Shown here: in pieces, positions 28,252 to 37,397 of the stretch
Layout of the letters: each line of letters begins with the position of its first letter
Position numbering within the stretch: the stretch's first letter is position 1
NCBI GenBank assembly: GCA_963816355.1
Contig: CAWFKH010000003.1
Span: 544,001 to 608,000 of the forward strand
Length of the DNA stretch: 64,000 bases
Direction of reading: 5' to 3'
Source of the DNA: an uncultured Gemmatimonadales bacterium
Lineage (GTDB): Bacteria; Gemmatimonadota; Gemmatimonadetes; Longimicrobiales; RSA9
The notes under the pieces: model-generated
Seen by the model: the letters and a program-made list of their open reading frames with translations, nothing else
Told to the model about the DNA's origin: nothing
Database searches by the model: none
Translations under genes and position numbers: made by a program

Positions 28252-28481
28252 CGTCGCGGCCGACTGAAATGGGAGCCGGTGCCGCGCGCGAGGCGCCGGA
28301 ACGAGGCCTCTGCGGCCGCTGTGCCTTCGCCCGCGCGATCGCCAACCGGCGCGGATCTCGATTCACGCTGTGCGGCCGCTCCCGTACCGATCCGCGCTTT
28401 CCGCGCTACCCCACGCTGCCCGTGCTCCGCTGCGCGGGCTTCGAGCCCCGCACCCCGAGAGAAGGAGGAGGCCCGCCATGA
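28248..28481 (+). CDS. Small 4-Cys protein
   Basis: GLCGRC...GSRFTLCGRS..DPRFPRYPTLPVLRCAGFE; GTG 28248 overlaps pgeF stop (alternative ATG 28269); stop overlaps the next ATG. Confidence 0.7.
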   Translation: MTSRPTEMGAGAAREAPERGLCGRCAFARAIANRRGSRFTLCGRSRTDPRFPRYPTLPVLRCAGFEPRTPREGGGPP

Positions 28482-28951
28482 GCGAGGAGCCGTTCTACGT
28501 CGCTCGCGCCGCCATCGAGAAGATCGCCGGCGTGCATCGCACGGCGCGCCTCGCGGCGACCGGCGACACGATCGAGTTCGGCGTCCACGGCGCGATCCGG
28601 CGCTTCTACGACCTCGAGACCGACGCCGACCGTCCGCTGCCGGTCGACTACATCGTCGCCGCCACCGGCGGCTGACTGCTCGGCACGCTCAACGGCGCGC
28701 TGGAGGCGCGCGGGATCGATCTGCCCGGCGACGCGGTGCGCGCCGACGTCGAGGGGGTCAACGAGGTGCGCGGCCGCGTGCCGGTGCTCGTCCGCATCCA
28801 CGTCCGGTACCAGCTGCGCATCCCGGCCGGCGCGCGCGAGGTGGTCGAACGCGCGCTCGCGCGGCACGTCGAAGGTTGTCCGACGGCGTGCTCGCTGAGG
28901 GGGGCCGTGGAGGTGAGCTGGGAGGCCGAGATCGAGGAGGCGGTCGCGTGA
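28478..28951 (+). CDS. OsmC/Ohr-family protein, probable selenoprotein (TGA 28673-28675 = Sec66)
   Basis: SD AAGGAGGAGG; PVDYIVAATGG-TGA-LLGTLNGAL continues in frame to HVEGCPTACSL; 157 aa if read through. Confidence 0.85.
28695..28711 (+). promoter_or_regulatory. Candidate bacterial SECIS hairpin
   Basis: GCGCGC-UGGAG-GCGCGC; loop begins 25 nt after the UGA, with G at its second position. Confidence 0.55.
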
Positions 28952-28991
28952 GATGGTCCGGTGGGGACCCCTTCGATCCCTTCGCGACCGG

Positions 28992-29020
28992 TTGCACGCA
29001 CCCGTAACTTTGTTTAAGTT
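28992..29020 (+). promoter_or_regulatory. Sigma70-type promoter of the rimP-nusA operon
   Basis: TTGCAC-17nt-TAAGTT. Confidence 0.55.
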
Positions 29021-29062
29021 AGGGACGTAGGCCTTCGGGCGCGCCCAGAGGCGTGTCCGGCG

Positions 29063-29089
29063 AGAGTGGGGGAAGTCCCCCACTTTTTT
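29063..29089 (+). terminator. rimP leader attenuator hairpin
   Basis: AGTGGGGG-AAGT-CCCCCACT followed by a T-tract, just 5' of rimP. Confidence 0.78.
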
Positions 29090-29106
29090 ATTGACAGAAG
29101 CGAACC

Positions 29107-29589
29107 GTGGACGACCTGGAGCGGGTACTCGAGAGCACGGTCGAGGCGCTCGGCTTCGAGCTCGTCGAGCTCGAGCGGGCGGGCGCGAAGGTGCGCCCGA
29201 TCCTGCGCCTGAGGATCGACCGTCCCGGCTCGGAGCCGGGCGACGGCGTCACGGTGGACGATTGTGCGCGTGTGAGTCGGGCCGTCGAGCCACTGCTCGA
29301 CGAGCGCCTCGGCGGTGCGCGCTACGTCGTCGAGGTGTCGTCACCGGGTCTCGAGCGGCCGCTGGTGCGTGCGCGCGACTTCCGCCGTTTCGCCGGCGAG
29401 GAGGTGGTGCTGAAGGGGTTCGGCCCTCTGGCGGATCGGAGCCGTCGTCTGGAGGGCGAGCTCCTGGGGGTCCGAGGGGAGGAGGGCGAGGAGCGGGTCG
29501 CGCTGCGGCTCGCGGACGGGACGGAGGTGGAGGTGGCTCGGAGCGCGATCGCGCACGCGCACCTCGTCTACCGTTGGGACGGGCGCTGA
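29107..29589 (+). CDS. rimP: Ribosome maturation factor RimP
   Basis: VTVDDCARVSR, EVSSPGLERPL. Confidence 0.95.
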   Translation: MDDLERVLESTVEALGFELVELERAGAKVRPILRLRIDRPGSEPGDGVTVDDCARVSRAVEPLLDERLGGARYVVEVSSPGLERPLVRARDFRRFAGEEVVLKGFGPLADRSRRLEGELLGVRGEEGEERVALRLADGTEVEVARSAIAHAHLVYRWDGR

Positions 29590-29632
29590 GACGCCGCGTC
29601 GTAGTCACGTTCAGCAAGGCAGGGGTGGGAGT

Positions 29633-31240
29633 ATGGCCAACGCGACACAGGTGCTGGCGGCCTTCCGCGAGATGATCGCGAACAAGAGCATCTCTCGCGA
29701 GGAGCTCCACGACCTGATCCGGGACGGCCTCATGGCGGCGCTCGCGCGGCGGTTCGGCCCCAACGTCGAGGCGGAGATCGACATCGATGAGGACGCCGGC
29801 GAGATGCGCATCACCGTGCTGAAGGAGGTCGTGGAGACGCTCGAGGATTCCTCCCGCGAGGTGTCGCTCGAGGAGGCCCGCTGGGACGACCCGGACTTCG
29901 AGCCGGGCGACGTGCTCGAGATCCCCGTCGAGTTCCAGGAGTTCGGGCGCAACGCCGTCATGGCGGCGAAGCAGCGCATCATTCAGCGGCTGCGCGAGAA
30001 CGAGCGCGACCGCATCCGGGACGAGTACGCCGACCGCGAGGGCGAGCTGCTGAGCGGCGAGGTCCAGCAGGTCGAGCGCGGCAAGATCGTGATGATGCTG
30101 AACAAATCCCGGGATGCGGACGCGATCATCCCGTGGAAGGAGCAGAACCCGCGCGAGCGCTTCCGTCAGGGCGAGCCGATCCGCGCCGTGCTCAAGCGGG
30201 TCGAGGAAACCTCCAAGGGGCCGCGCCTCATCATGTCGCGCGCCGATCCGCTCTTCGTCGCCGCCCTCTTCAAGCTGGAGGTCCCCGAGATCTACCAGGG
30301 GATCGTCGAGGTGAAGGGGATCGCGCGCGAGGTCGGCGGCCGCACCAAGCTCGCCGTCGCGTCCCGCGACGAGTCGATCGACCCCGTCGGCGCCTGCGTC
30401 GGCATCAAGGGATCGCGCGTACAGGCGGTCGTGGGCGAGCTGGGCGGCGAGCGCATCGACATCGTGCCGTGGCACCCGGATCCGGAGATCTACGCCCGCC
30501 GGGCCCTTGCGCCCGCCCAGGTCGCCAAGGTGATCAGCGACGCCGAGCGCCGCGTCATCACCGCGATCGTCGACGAGGACCAGCTTTCGCTCGCCATCGG
30601 CCGCAACGGACAGAACGTGCGCCTCGCCAGCCAGCTCATCGGCTGGCAGATCGACCTCTACGGCAGCCGCGAGTGGCTCGAGCGCGGTGCGGACGAGGCG
30701 CTCTTCGGCGGCGCACAGCAGGAGTCCGAGTTCGAGGTCGCCGACTTCCCGCTCAGCGAGCTCGACCTGAAACCGTCGACTCTGGCGGCGCTGCAGGAGG
30801 CTGGATATACTACGTTTTTCGATATTATCGACCTCGAACGTGAGGAGCTGGTCGGCGTCCAGGGCGTGGGCGAGGAGGGTGCCGACGACGTGCTCCGCAT
30901 CATCGAGGAGCTGACCGTCGTCGAGGACGGCGGCGGCGAGAGCGCGGAGGCCGCGCGCGGTCCCTCCGAGGCGGATCTCGCCGAGGCCCGCGAGATCGGC
31001 GCCGCCCTTCTCGGCGTCGACATCGAGGAGACGTCGGCGGAGACCACGGAGGCGGCGCCAGCGGCCACCGATGCGGAAACGTCCGAGGCGGTCGAGGCGT
31101 CCAGCGACGCGGAAGCGTCGGACGAAGTCGAGGCGGCGCTGAGGGTCGAGGCGGAGGTCGCCGCCGGCGCCGACGCGGACTCGGAATCGGACGGCTCGAC
31201 GGAGGCCGGGGAGGGGAGCGACGCCGAACGCGGGAGCTGA
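29633..31240 (+). CDS. nusA: Transcription factor NusA
   Basis: FGRNAVMAAKQ, DPVGACVG, LSLAIGRNGQNVRLAS; acidic C-terminal tail. Confidence 0.97.
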   Translation: MANATQVLAAFREMIANKSISREELHDLIRDGLMAALARRFGPNVEAEIDIDEDAGEMRITVLKEVVETLEDSSREVSLEEARWDDPDFEPGDVLEIPVEFQEFGRNAVMAAKQRIIQRLRENERDRIRDEYADREGELLSGEVQQVERGKIVMMLNKSRDADAIIPWKEQNPRERFRQGEPIRAVLKRVEETSKGPRLIMSRADPLFVAALFKLEVPEIYQGIVEVKGIAREVGGRTKLAVASRDESIDPVGACVGIKGSRVQAVVGELGGERIDIVPWHPDPEIYARRALAPAQVAKVISDAERRVITAIVDEDQLSLAIGRNGQNVRLASQLIGWQIDLYGSREWLERGADEALFGGAQQESEFEVADFPLSELDLKPSTLAALQEAGYTTFFDIIDLEREELVGVQGVGEEGADDVLRIIEELTVVEDGGGESAEAARGPSEADLAEAREIGAALLGVDIEETSAETTEAAPAATDAETSEAVEASSDAEASDEVEAALRVEAEVAAGADADSESDGSTEAGEGSDAERGS

Positions 31241-31577
31241 GGCGGCGCTCGGCCTGCTCGGCCTTGCGGCGCGCGCGGGTCACGTCGTCCCGGGAACGGG
31301 CGCGGTTCGCGACGCGGTACGCGCCGGAGCCGTGGTCTTCGTGATCGTGGCGGCGGACGCGTCGCAGAACACGTGGGACCGACTGCTGCCGCTGCTGGCG
31401 GCACGGAACGTCGCTCACGTGGTGGGGTTCGAGCGGGCGGCGCTGGGTGGTGCGGTCGGCCGCTCGTCGCTCGGTGCGGTCGGACTGCGAGCGGGACCGC
31501 TCGCGCGCCGGCTCGCCGCGCTGCTCGGAGCGGACGGCGCGGAGGGCGCAGCAGGCAATTCGGAACAGGTGGTTTGA
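31221..31577 (+). CDS. L7Ae/YlxQ-family RNA-binding protein (start uncertain: ACG 31221 or CTG 31254)
   Basis: LGLLGLAARAG..V.G...VIVAADAS...LGGAVGR; lies between nusA and infB. Confidence 0.8.
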   Translation, partial: TPNAGAEAALGLLGLAARAGHVVPGTGAVRDAVRAGAVVFVIVAADASQNTWDRLLPLLAARNVAHVVGFERAALGGAVGRSSLGAVGLRAGPLARRLAALLGADGAEGAAGNSEQVV

Positions 31578-31584
31578 AGAGACG

Positions 31585-34227
31585 ATGCGCGTCTACGAAG
31601 TTGCGAGGGAACTGAGCGTCGAGCCGGATGCGCTGATCCAGCTCCTGCGGGAGCTGGGTGCGCAGGTGCGTACCGAGGCGTCGAGCATCGACGACGGCGT
31701 CGTCGCCAAGGTGCGGGCGCGTCTGGAGCGCGAGCGGCGCGCGGGGCACGAGGACCGCAGCGAGGCGATCGAGGCGGCGATCGAGGACGCGCACGTCTCG
31801 ACGCGCCGGCGGCGGCGTCGTCGCAAGGCGGACGAAGTCGAGGAGGAGGTCGCCGAGAGCGCCTCCGCGGCGGCGGACGCGGCGGAGGCGATGGCGGCGG
31901 AGGCGGCCGAGGAAGTGGCGGCGGCGGGCGAGCCGATCGCGGAGGAAGCGGTCGAGGAGGCGGAGGAAGCGGTCGAGGAGGTGCTGGCGTCCGCGGGCCC
32001 GGCGGAGGTCGAGGAGGCCGCGGAGGAGGAAGCGGAGGAGGCCGAGGCGGAAGTCGAGGCGCCCGAAGCCGAGGCGGAGGCGGTAGAGGCCGCGAAGCCG
32101 GCCGAGCCGGCCGCGCCGCGCGCGGAGACGCGGCGGCCGAAGCGGGTGGCGGACGTGATGCCCGCGCGGCCGGCGCCGGCGGCGAGCGCGGGCCCGGGCG
32201 GGCAGGTGCGCATCCAGGCCGAGGGCTTCACGACGGACGGGCGGCGCAAGGCGAAGAAGGAGAAGCGGAAGAAGCGGCGGCAGCGCGTCGACCAGGATGC
32301 GGTGCAGGAGAACGTCCAGCGCGTGATGGCCGAGATCAAGTCCGGCAGCGGGCGCAAGGGCGGAGGCCGGCGGCGCTCGCGGGCGGACGCGGCGGCAGTC
32401 CGTGAGGAGCGCGAGGCGGAGAAGCAGCGCGTGGCGGCCGAGGAAGCGCAGACGGTGCGCGTGAACGAGTTCCTCACGGTCGCGGAGCTGGCGGACCTGA
32501 TCGATCACAGCCCGACGGAGATCATCGGCAGCGCGTTCAAGAATCTCGGGCTGATGGTGACGATCAACCAGCGGCTCGACTTCGACCAGATCGAGCTGCT
32601 GCTGGAGGAGTTCGGGTTCAGGGCGGTGCGCGAGACCGGCTACGCCGTCGGCCCGGAGGAGGAGCAAGAGGAGGAGCGGCCGGAGGATCTGGAGCCGCGC
32701 TCGCCGATCGTCACGGTGATGGGCCACGTCGACCATGGCAAGACGTCGCTGCTCGACTACATCCGCAAGACGAACGTGATCGCGGGTGAGGCGGGCGGCA
32801 TCACGCAGCACATCGGCGCCTACCACGTCACGCTGGACGACGGGCGCTCGCTGAGTTTCCTCGACACGCCGGGCCACGCGGCGTTCACGGCGATGCGCGC
32901 GCGCGGCGCCGAGGTGACGGACCTGGTCATCCTGGTCGTCGCGGCGGACGACGCGGTGATGCCGCAGACGATCGAGGCGATCAGCCATGCGAAGAACGCG
33001 GGCGTGCCGCTCGTCGTCGCGATCAACAAGATCGACAAGCCGGGCGCGAACGCGGGCCGCGTGAAGCAGCAGCTCCTGGAGCACGAGGTGGTGGTCGAGG
33101 AGTTCGGCGGCAGCGTGCTCGACGCGGAGGTGAGCGCCAAGACCGGACAGGGCGTGGGCGACCTGCTCGACAAGGTGCTGCTGCAGTCGGACCTGCTGGA
33201 GCTCAAGGCGAATCCGAACCGGGAGGCGCAGGGCACCGTCATCGAGGCGCAGATCGACGTCGGCAAGGGTCCGCTCGCCACGGTGCTGGTGACGAACGGC
33301 ACCCTGCGCGTGGGCGACGCCTTCGTTTGCGGCCTCTACGAGGGCCGCGTGCGCGCGATGCTGGACGAGCGCGGCAACACGATCGAGGAGGCGGGTCCGG
33401 CGATCCCGGTCCAGATCCTCGGCATCTCGGGCGTGCCCCAGGCGGGCGACACGCTGGTGGCCATGGAAGCGGATCGCGCCGCGGAGATCGCGCAGTCGCG
33501 CCAGCGGCTGGAGCGCGAGAAGCAGCTCCGCATCAAGGGCCGCGGCGTGAAGCTGCAGGACATCAGCAGCATGCTCGCGGAGGGCGAGACGGCGCAGCTC
33601 AACCTGATCATCAAGGGCGACGTCGACGGCTCCGTGCAGGCGCTCTCTGACGCGCTCGAGCAGCTGTCGACCGGCGAGGTCCAGGTCGACGTCATCCACC
33701 GCGGGGTGGGCGCCATCAACGAGTCGGACGTTCTGCTCGCCTCCACGTCCGGCGCGATCGTGATCGGCTTCCACGTCCGGCCCGACGCCGGGGCGCGCAG
33801 CCTCGCGGCGCAGGAAGGGGTCGACATCCGCCTCTACAACATCATCTACGAGGCGGTCGAGGAGGTGCGCTCCGCGCTGGAGGGGCTGCTCGCGCCGGAG
33901 GAGCGGGAGGTGGTGCTCGGCGCCGCCGAGGTGCGTCAGCTCTTCAAGGTGCCGCGCACCGGCACCGTGGCCGGCTGCTACGTGACGGAGGGCGTGATCG
34001 ACCGCCGCGGCCGCGTCCGCGTGGTGCGCGACGGCGTGCAGATCTACGAGGGCCAGCTCGGCAGCCTGAAGCGCTTCAAGGACGACGTCCGCGAGGTGCG
34101 AGAGGGCTTCGAGTGCGGGCTCAACGTCGCCTCGTTCAACGACGTCAAGGTGGGCGACGTGATCGAGTGTTACCGCATCGAGGAGGTCGCGCGCACGCTC
34201 GCGAGCTCCGCGAGCGAGGGGGCGTAG
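31585..34227 (+). CDS. infB: Translation initiation factor IF-2
   Basis: MRVYEVAREL, GHVDHGKT, DTPGH, NKID. Confidence 0.98.
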   Translation: MRVYEVARELSVEPDALIQLLRELGAQVRTEASSIDDGVVAKVRARLERERRAGHEDRSEAIEAAIEDAHVSTRRRRRRRKADEVEEEVAESASAAADAAEAMAAEAAEEVAAAGEPIAEEAVEEAEEAVEEVLASAGPAEVEEAAEEEAEEAEAEVEAPEAEAEAVEAAKPAEPAAPRAETRRPKRVADVMPARPAPAASAGPGGQVRIQAEGFTTDGRRKAKKEKRKKRRQRVDQDAVQENVQRVMAEIKSGSGRKGGGRRRSRADAAAVREEREAEKQRVAAEEAQTVRVNEFLTVAELADLIDHSPTEIIGSAFKNLGLMVTINQRLDFDQIELLLEEFGFRAVRETGYAVGPEEEQEEERPEDLEPRSPIVTVMGHVDHGKTSLLDYIRKTNVIAGEAGGITQHIGAYHVTLDDGRSLSFLDTPGHAAFTAMRARGAEVTDLVILVVAADDAVMPQTIEAISHAKNAGVPLVVAINKIDKPGANAGRVKQQLLEHEVVVEEFGGSVLDAEVSAKTGQGVGDLLDKVLLQSDLLELKANPNREAQGTVIEAQIDVGKGPLATVLVTNGTLRVGDAFVCGLYEGRVRAMLDERGNTIEEAGPAIPVQILGISGVPQAGDTLVAMEADRAAEIAQSRQRLEREKQLRIKGRGVKLQDISSMLAEGETAQLNLIIKGDVDGSVQALSDALEQLSTGEVQVDVIHRGVGAINESDVLLASTSGAIVIGFHVRPDAGARSLAAQEGVDIRLYNIIYEAVEEVRSALEGLLAPEEREVVLGAAEVRQLFKVPRTGTVAGCYVTEGVIDRRGRVRVVRDGVQIYEGQLGSLKRFKDDVREVREGFECGLNVASFNDVKVGDVIECYRIEEVARTLASSASEGA

Positions 34228-34248
34228 CAGGCGCCCGGAGCGGCGGCG

Positions 34249-34530
34249 ATGGTGGTCGGCGTGATCGGCTGGCAGCTCGAGATCTTCGGCTGCCAGTCGC
34301 TGAAGGAGAAGCGGCGCGTGGTGCGCAGCCTGAAGGACCGGCTGCAGAGCCGCTTCAAGATCTCCGTCGCCGAGACCGCCTACCAGGACCTGTGGCAGCG
34401 CGCCGAGCTGACCGCCTGCGTCGTCGCGGGCGAGCGCCGGCACGCGGACTCCGTGCTCGAGAGCGCGGACCGGCTGGTGGCGGGCGAGCACCGCGCTCGC
34501 GTGATCGAGAGTTATCGGCGTTTCGTCTGA
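34249..34530 (+). CDS. DUF503/YlxP family protein
   Basis: SLKEKRRVVRSL, ISVAETAYQDLWQR; between infB and rbfA. Confidence 0.9.
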   Translation: MVVGVIGWQLEIFGCQSLKEKRRVVRSLKDRLQSRFKISVAETAYQDLWQRAELTACVVAGERRHADSVLESADRLVAGEHRARVIESYRRFV

Positions 34531-34587
34531 GCCGAGGCGGCGGCGTCCACCGGATCGCCGCCGCTTCCGTTTTCGAGCAGGGGCCGC

Positions 34588-34950
34588 ATGAGCCGACGCA
34601 GAATTGAGCGGGTCAACGAGCAGCTCAAGCGCGAGATTTCCTCCATCCTGCGTGACGACGTGCGCGATCCCCGGGTCGGCCAGCCCACCGTCACGGCGGT
34701 CGAGGCGGCGCCGGACCTGTCGTGGGCGCGCGTCTTCCTCAACGTGATGGGCGACGACGACGCCAAGGCCGCGACGCTCGAGGGTGCGCGCGCGGCCGCG
34801 TCGTTCGTGCGCAGCGAGCTGGCGCGCCGCATGAGCGTGCGGCGCGTCCCGGAGCTGGACTTCGTGCTCGACCGCAGTCTGGAGCACGCGCTGCGCATCG
34901 AGCGCCTCCTCGAGGAGGTGCTGCCGCCGGAGGACGATGACGCCTCCTGA
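34588..34950 (+). CDS. rbfA: Ribosome-binding factor A
   Basis: RIERVNEQLKREIS, DPR, PDLSWARV, RRVPELDF. Confidence 0.96.
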   Translation: MSRRRIERVNEQLKREISSILRDDVRDPRVGQPTVTAVEAAPDLSWARVFLNVMGDDDAKAATLEGARAAASFVRSELARRMSVRRVPELDFVLDRSLEHALRIERLLEEVLPPEDDDAS

Positions 34951-35905
34951 GCCGGTCGAGCGGACGGCGCTCGGCGGCGTGCTGCGCGTGGACAAGCGGC
35001 CCGGCCCGACGTCGCACGACGTGGTCGCCGCCGCGCGCCGCGCGCTCGGCACGCGCCGCATCGGCCACACCGGCACGCTCGACCCGTTCGCTTCCGGGCT
35101 GCTGCTGCTCTGCGTCGGTCGAACCACCCGCCTGGCCGAATACCTCTCCGCCCTGCCGAAGCGCTACGGCGCCGTGCTCCGCCTCGGCGAGCGCACCGAC
35201 ACCGACGACCGGACCGGCACCGTGGTCGAGCGTTGCGAGACGTGGCGGGAGCGGGGCGAGGCCGAGATCCGGGGCGCGCTGCTCGGCCAGGTCGGGCGGC
35301 GGCAGCAGACGCCGCCGGCGTTCTCCGCCAAGAAGGTGGCAGGCGAGCGCCTCTACGCTCGCGCCCGCCGCGGCGAGCCCGTCGCGCCGGCACCGGTGGA
35401 GGTGGACGTGATGCGGATCGTCGTCCGCTCGATCGAGCCGCCGCGCGTCGGTTTCGACGTGCTCTGTTCCAGCGGCACGTACGTGCGCGCGATCGCCCGC
35501 GACGTGGGAATCGCGCTCGGCACCGGCGCGCACCTCGAGGAGCTGCGCCGCACCGCGATCGGACCGATCACGCTCGACCACGCCGTGGCCTCCGACGCGC
35601 TCGACGACGCGCAGGCACGCGCGCCGGCGTGGCTCTCGCCGCTTGACGCGCTCCGCCACCTCGACCGCGTCGACGTCGGCGACGACGACGCGGCCGCGAT
35701 CGCCGCCGGCCGCGCGATCGCGGTGCCGGCCGTTCTCGCCGGCAGCGACGACGGCCTGGAAGCAGGCTCCCGTGCCGGCGGCGGCGCCGTGACGCCCGCC
35801 GCAGCGGGCGAAACGGTCGTGATCGCGCACGCGGGTGGTCTGATCGCGGTCGGCGAACGGGGCGACGGGCGCGTGCGGCCGCGCAAGGTGCTCGTCGATG
35901 CCTGA
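34937..35905 (+). CDS. truB: tRNA pseudouridine(55) synthase
   Basis: DKRPGPTSHDVV, GHTGTLDPFASG, CSSGTYVR. Confidence 0.96.
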   Translation: MTPPEPVERTALGGVLRVDKRPGPTSHDVVAAARRALGTRRIGHTGTLDPFASGLLLLCVGRTTRLAEYLSALPKRYGAVLRLGERTDTDDRTGTVVERCETWRERGEAEIRGALLGQVGRRQQTPPAFSAKKVAGERLYARARRGEPVAPAPVEVDVMRIVVRSIEPPRVGFDVLCSSGTYVRAIARDVGIALGTGAHLEELRRTAIGPITLDHAVASDALDDAQARAPAWLSPLDALRHLDRVDVGDDDAAAIAAGRAIAVPAVLAGSDDGLEAGSRAGGGAVTPAAAGETVVIAHAGGLIAVGERGDGRVRPRKVLVDA

Positions 35906-36836
35906 AGCAGGCGACGGCGCGCTCGTCCCGGCGGGCGAGCGCGGCACCGTCGTCACGGTCGGGACGTTCGACGGCGTGCACCGCGGCCACTGGGAGGTCC
36001 TCCAGCAGCTCCGCCGTCACGCCGTCGCCGAGAACCGCAGGAGCGTGCTCGTCACCTTCCACCCGCACCCGCTGCGCATCGTGCGGCCGGAGGCGGCGCC
36101 GCCGCTCCTCACCACGCCGGACGAGAAGAAGGAGATCCTGGCCGAGTCCGGCGTCGACTACGCCGTCTTCCTCTCCTTCACGCGGGCGCTCTCCAACTAT
36201 TCGCCGCGCCGCTTCGTCGAGGAGATCCTCGTGCGGCGCCTGCACCTGCGGCATCTCGTGATCGGCTACGACCACGGCTTCGGCAAGGGGCGCTCGGGGG
36301 ACGTGGACACGCTGCGGCGGATCGGCGCGGAGCTCGCTTTCCGGGTCGACGTCGTGCCGCCGGTCGACGCGAACGGCTCGCACCCGATCTCCTCCAGCGC
36401 CATCCGCGCGGCGCTGCGCAGCGGCGACGTGGCCGCCGCCGCGCGGGGTCTGGGCCGGCCGTACGCGCTGCGCGGCGTCGTCGTGCGCGGCGAGGGCCGC
36501 GGCCACTCGCTCGGCTTCCCGACCGCGAACATCCGGCCCGATCACGAGGACAAGCTGCTCCCCCTCGAGGGCGTCTACGCCGCGCGCGGCGTCGTCCGCA
36601 CGCGCGTCGTCGACGGCGTGCTCCACCTCGGTCCCCGGCCCACCTTCCGTGGCTCCCCGCCCACGATCGAGCTCCACCTCTTCGACTTCGACGAAGACCT
36701 CTACGGCGAGACCGTCCGCGTCGACTTCTGCCGCCGCATCCGCCCCATCCACCCCTTCGCCACGGTGGAGGGCCTGGTCGCCGCGATCCGCGACGACTGC
36801 GATGCCGCGCGCCAGATCCTGGCCGGAGGCTGCTGA
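35898..36836 (+). CDS. ribF: Bifunctional riboflavin kinase/FAD synthetase
   Basis: GTFDGVHRGH, ISSSAIR, LGFPTAN. Confidence 0.96.
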   Translation: MPEAGDGALVPAGERGTVVTVGTFDGVHRGHWEVLQQLRRHAVAENRRSVLVTFHPHPLRIVRPEAAPPLLTTPDEKKEILAESGVDYAVFLSFTRALSNYSPRRFVEEILVRRLHLRHLVIGYDHGFGKGRSGDVDTLRRIGAELAFRVDVVPPVDANGSHPISSSAIRAALRSGDVAAAARGLGRPYALRGVVVRGEGRGHSLGFPTANIRPDHEDKLLPLEGVYAARGVVRTRVVDGVLHLGPRPTFRGSPPTIELHLFDFDEDLYGETVRVDFCRRIRPIHPFATVEGLVAAIRDDCDAARQILAGGC

Positions 36837-36894
36837 TCCCGTCCGGTCGGCGCCAAGGCCCGCGGCGCTCGAGCTGGCACGCGATCTCCTTGCC

Positions 36895-37003
36895 TTGTTC
36901 CGCCCCCGATCTTTCGCTACCATTCTGGGTTGTGAAAATTCGGGAGGGCCCCTGGCGTCGGGCCCTCGCTTCCCGACCAGCGTAGACTCTCGCGGAGGCA
37001 GCC
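36895..37003 (+). promoter_or_regulatory. rpsO promoter and structured leader
   Basis: TTGTTC-17nt-TACCAT, then a gagggccc/gggccctc hairpin before the GTG. Confidence 0.5.
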
Positions 37004-37264
37004 GTGCTGACGGACAAAGACGGGATCATCGAGAAGTACCAGCTCCATCCCACCGATCGGGGCAGTGCACCGGTTCAGGTCGCGCTGCTCACCGCGCGCA
37101 TCAACGAGCTCACGGACCATTTCCGAACCCATCCGAAGGATCATCACAGCCGTCGTGGGCTGCTGAAGATGGTGGGGAAGCGGCGCCGGCTGCTCGAGTA
37201 CCTGAAGCGCACGGACCTGGTGCGTTACCGTTCGCTGATCGAGGACCTGGGGCTGCGCCATTAG
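37004..37264 (+). CDS. rpsO: 30S ribosomal protein S15
   Basis: [24 protein letters not shown]. Confidence 0.97.
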   Translation: MLTDKDGIIEKYQLHPTDRGSAPVQVALLTARINELTDHFRTHPKDHHSRRGLLKMVGKRRRLLEYLKRTDLVRYRSLIEDLGLRH

Positions 37265-37397
37265 GAGGGGACGGGACGCGTCCGCGGTCGGCCGCGTCCC
37301 GGCGGCAGGATTTCGCGGAAGGCGCTGCGGAACGGCGTGAAGCGGTGAAGCGGCAGAGACGAATCGACATTGGCTGTCCAGAAAGGACACACGGAAG

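Noticed and set aside
28370..28951. OsmC pseudogene or two separate small genes
   Set aside because: A single TGA at the expected Cys column, intact frame and downstream hairpin fit recoding better; a nonsense mutation is not excluded without the sel genes
30658..35127. 1489-aa minus-strand ORF (and similar long antisense or off-frame ORFs such as 14021-17011, 12030-14642, 37110-39614, 59703-61976)
   Set aside because: Shadow ORFs of high-GC genes; Arg/Ala-rich, no motifs, fully overlapping well-supported genes
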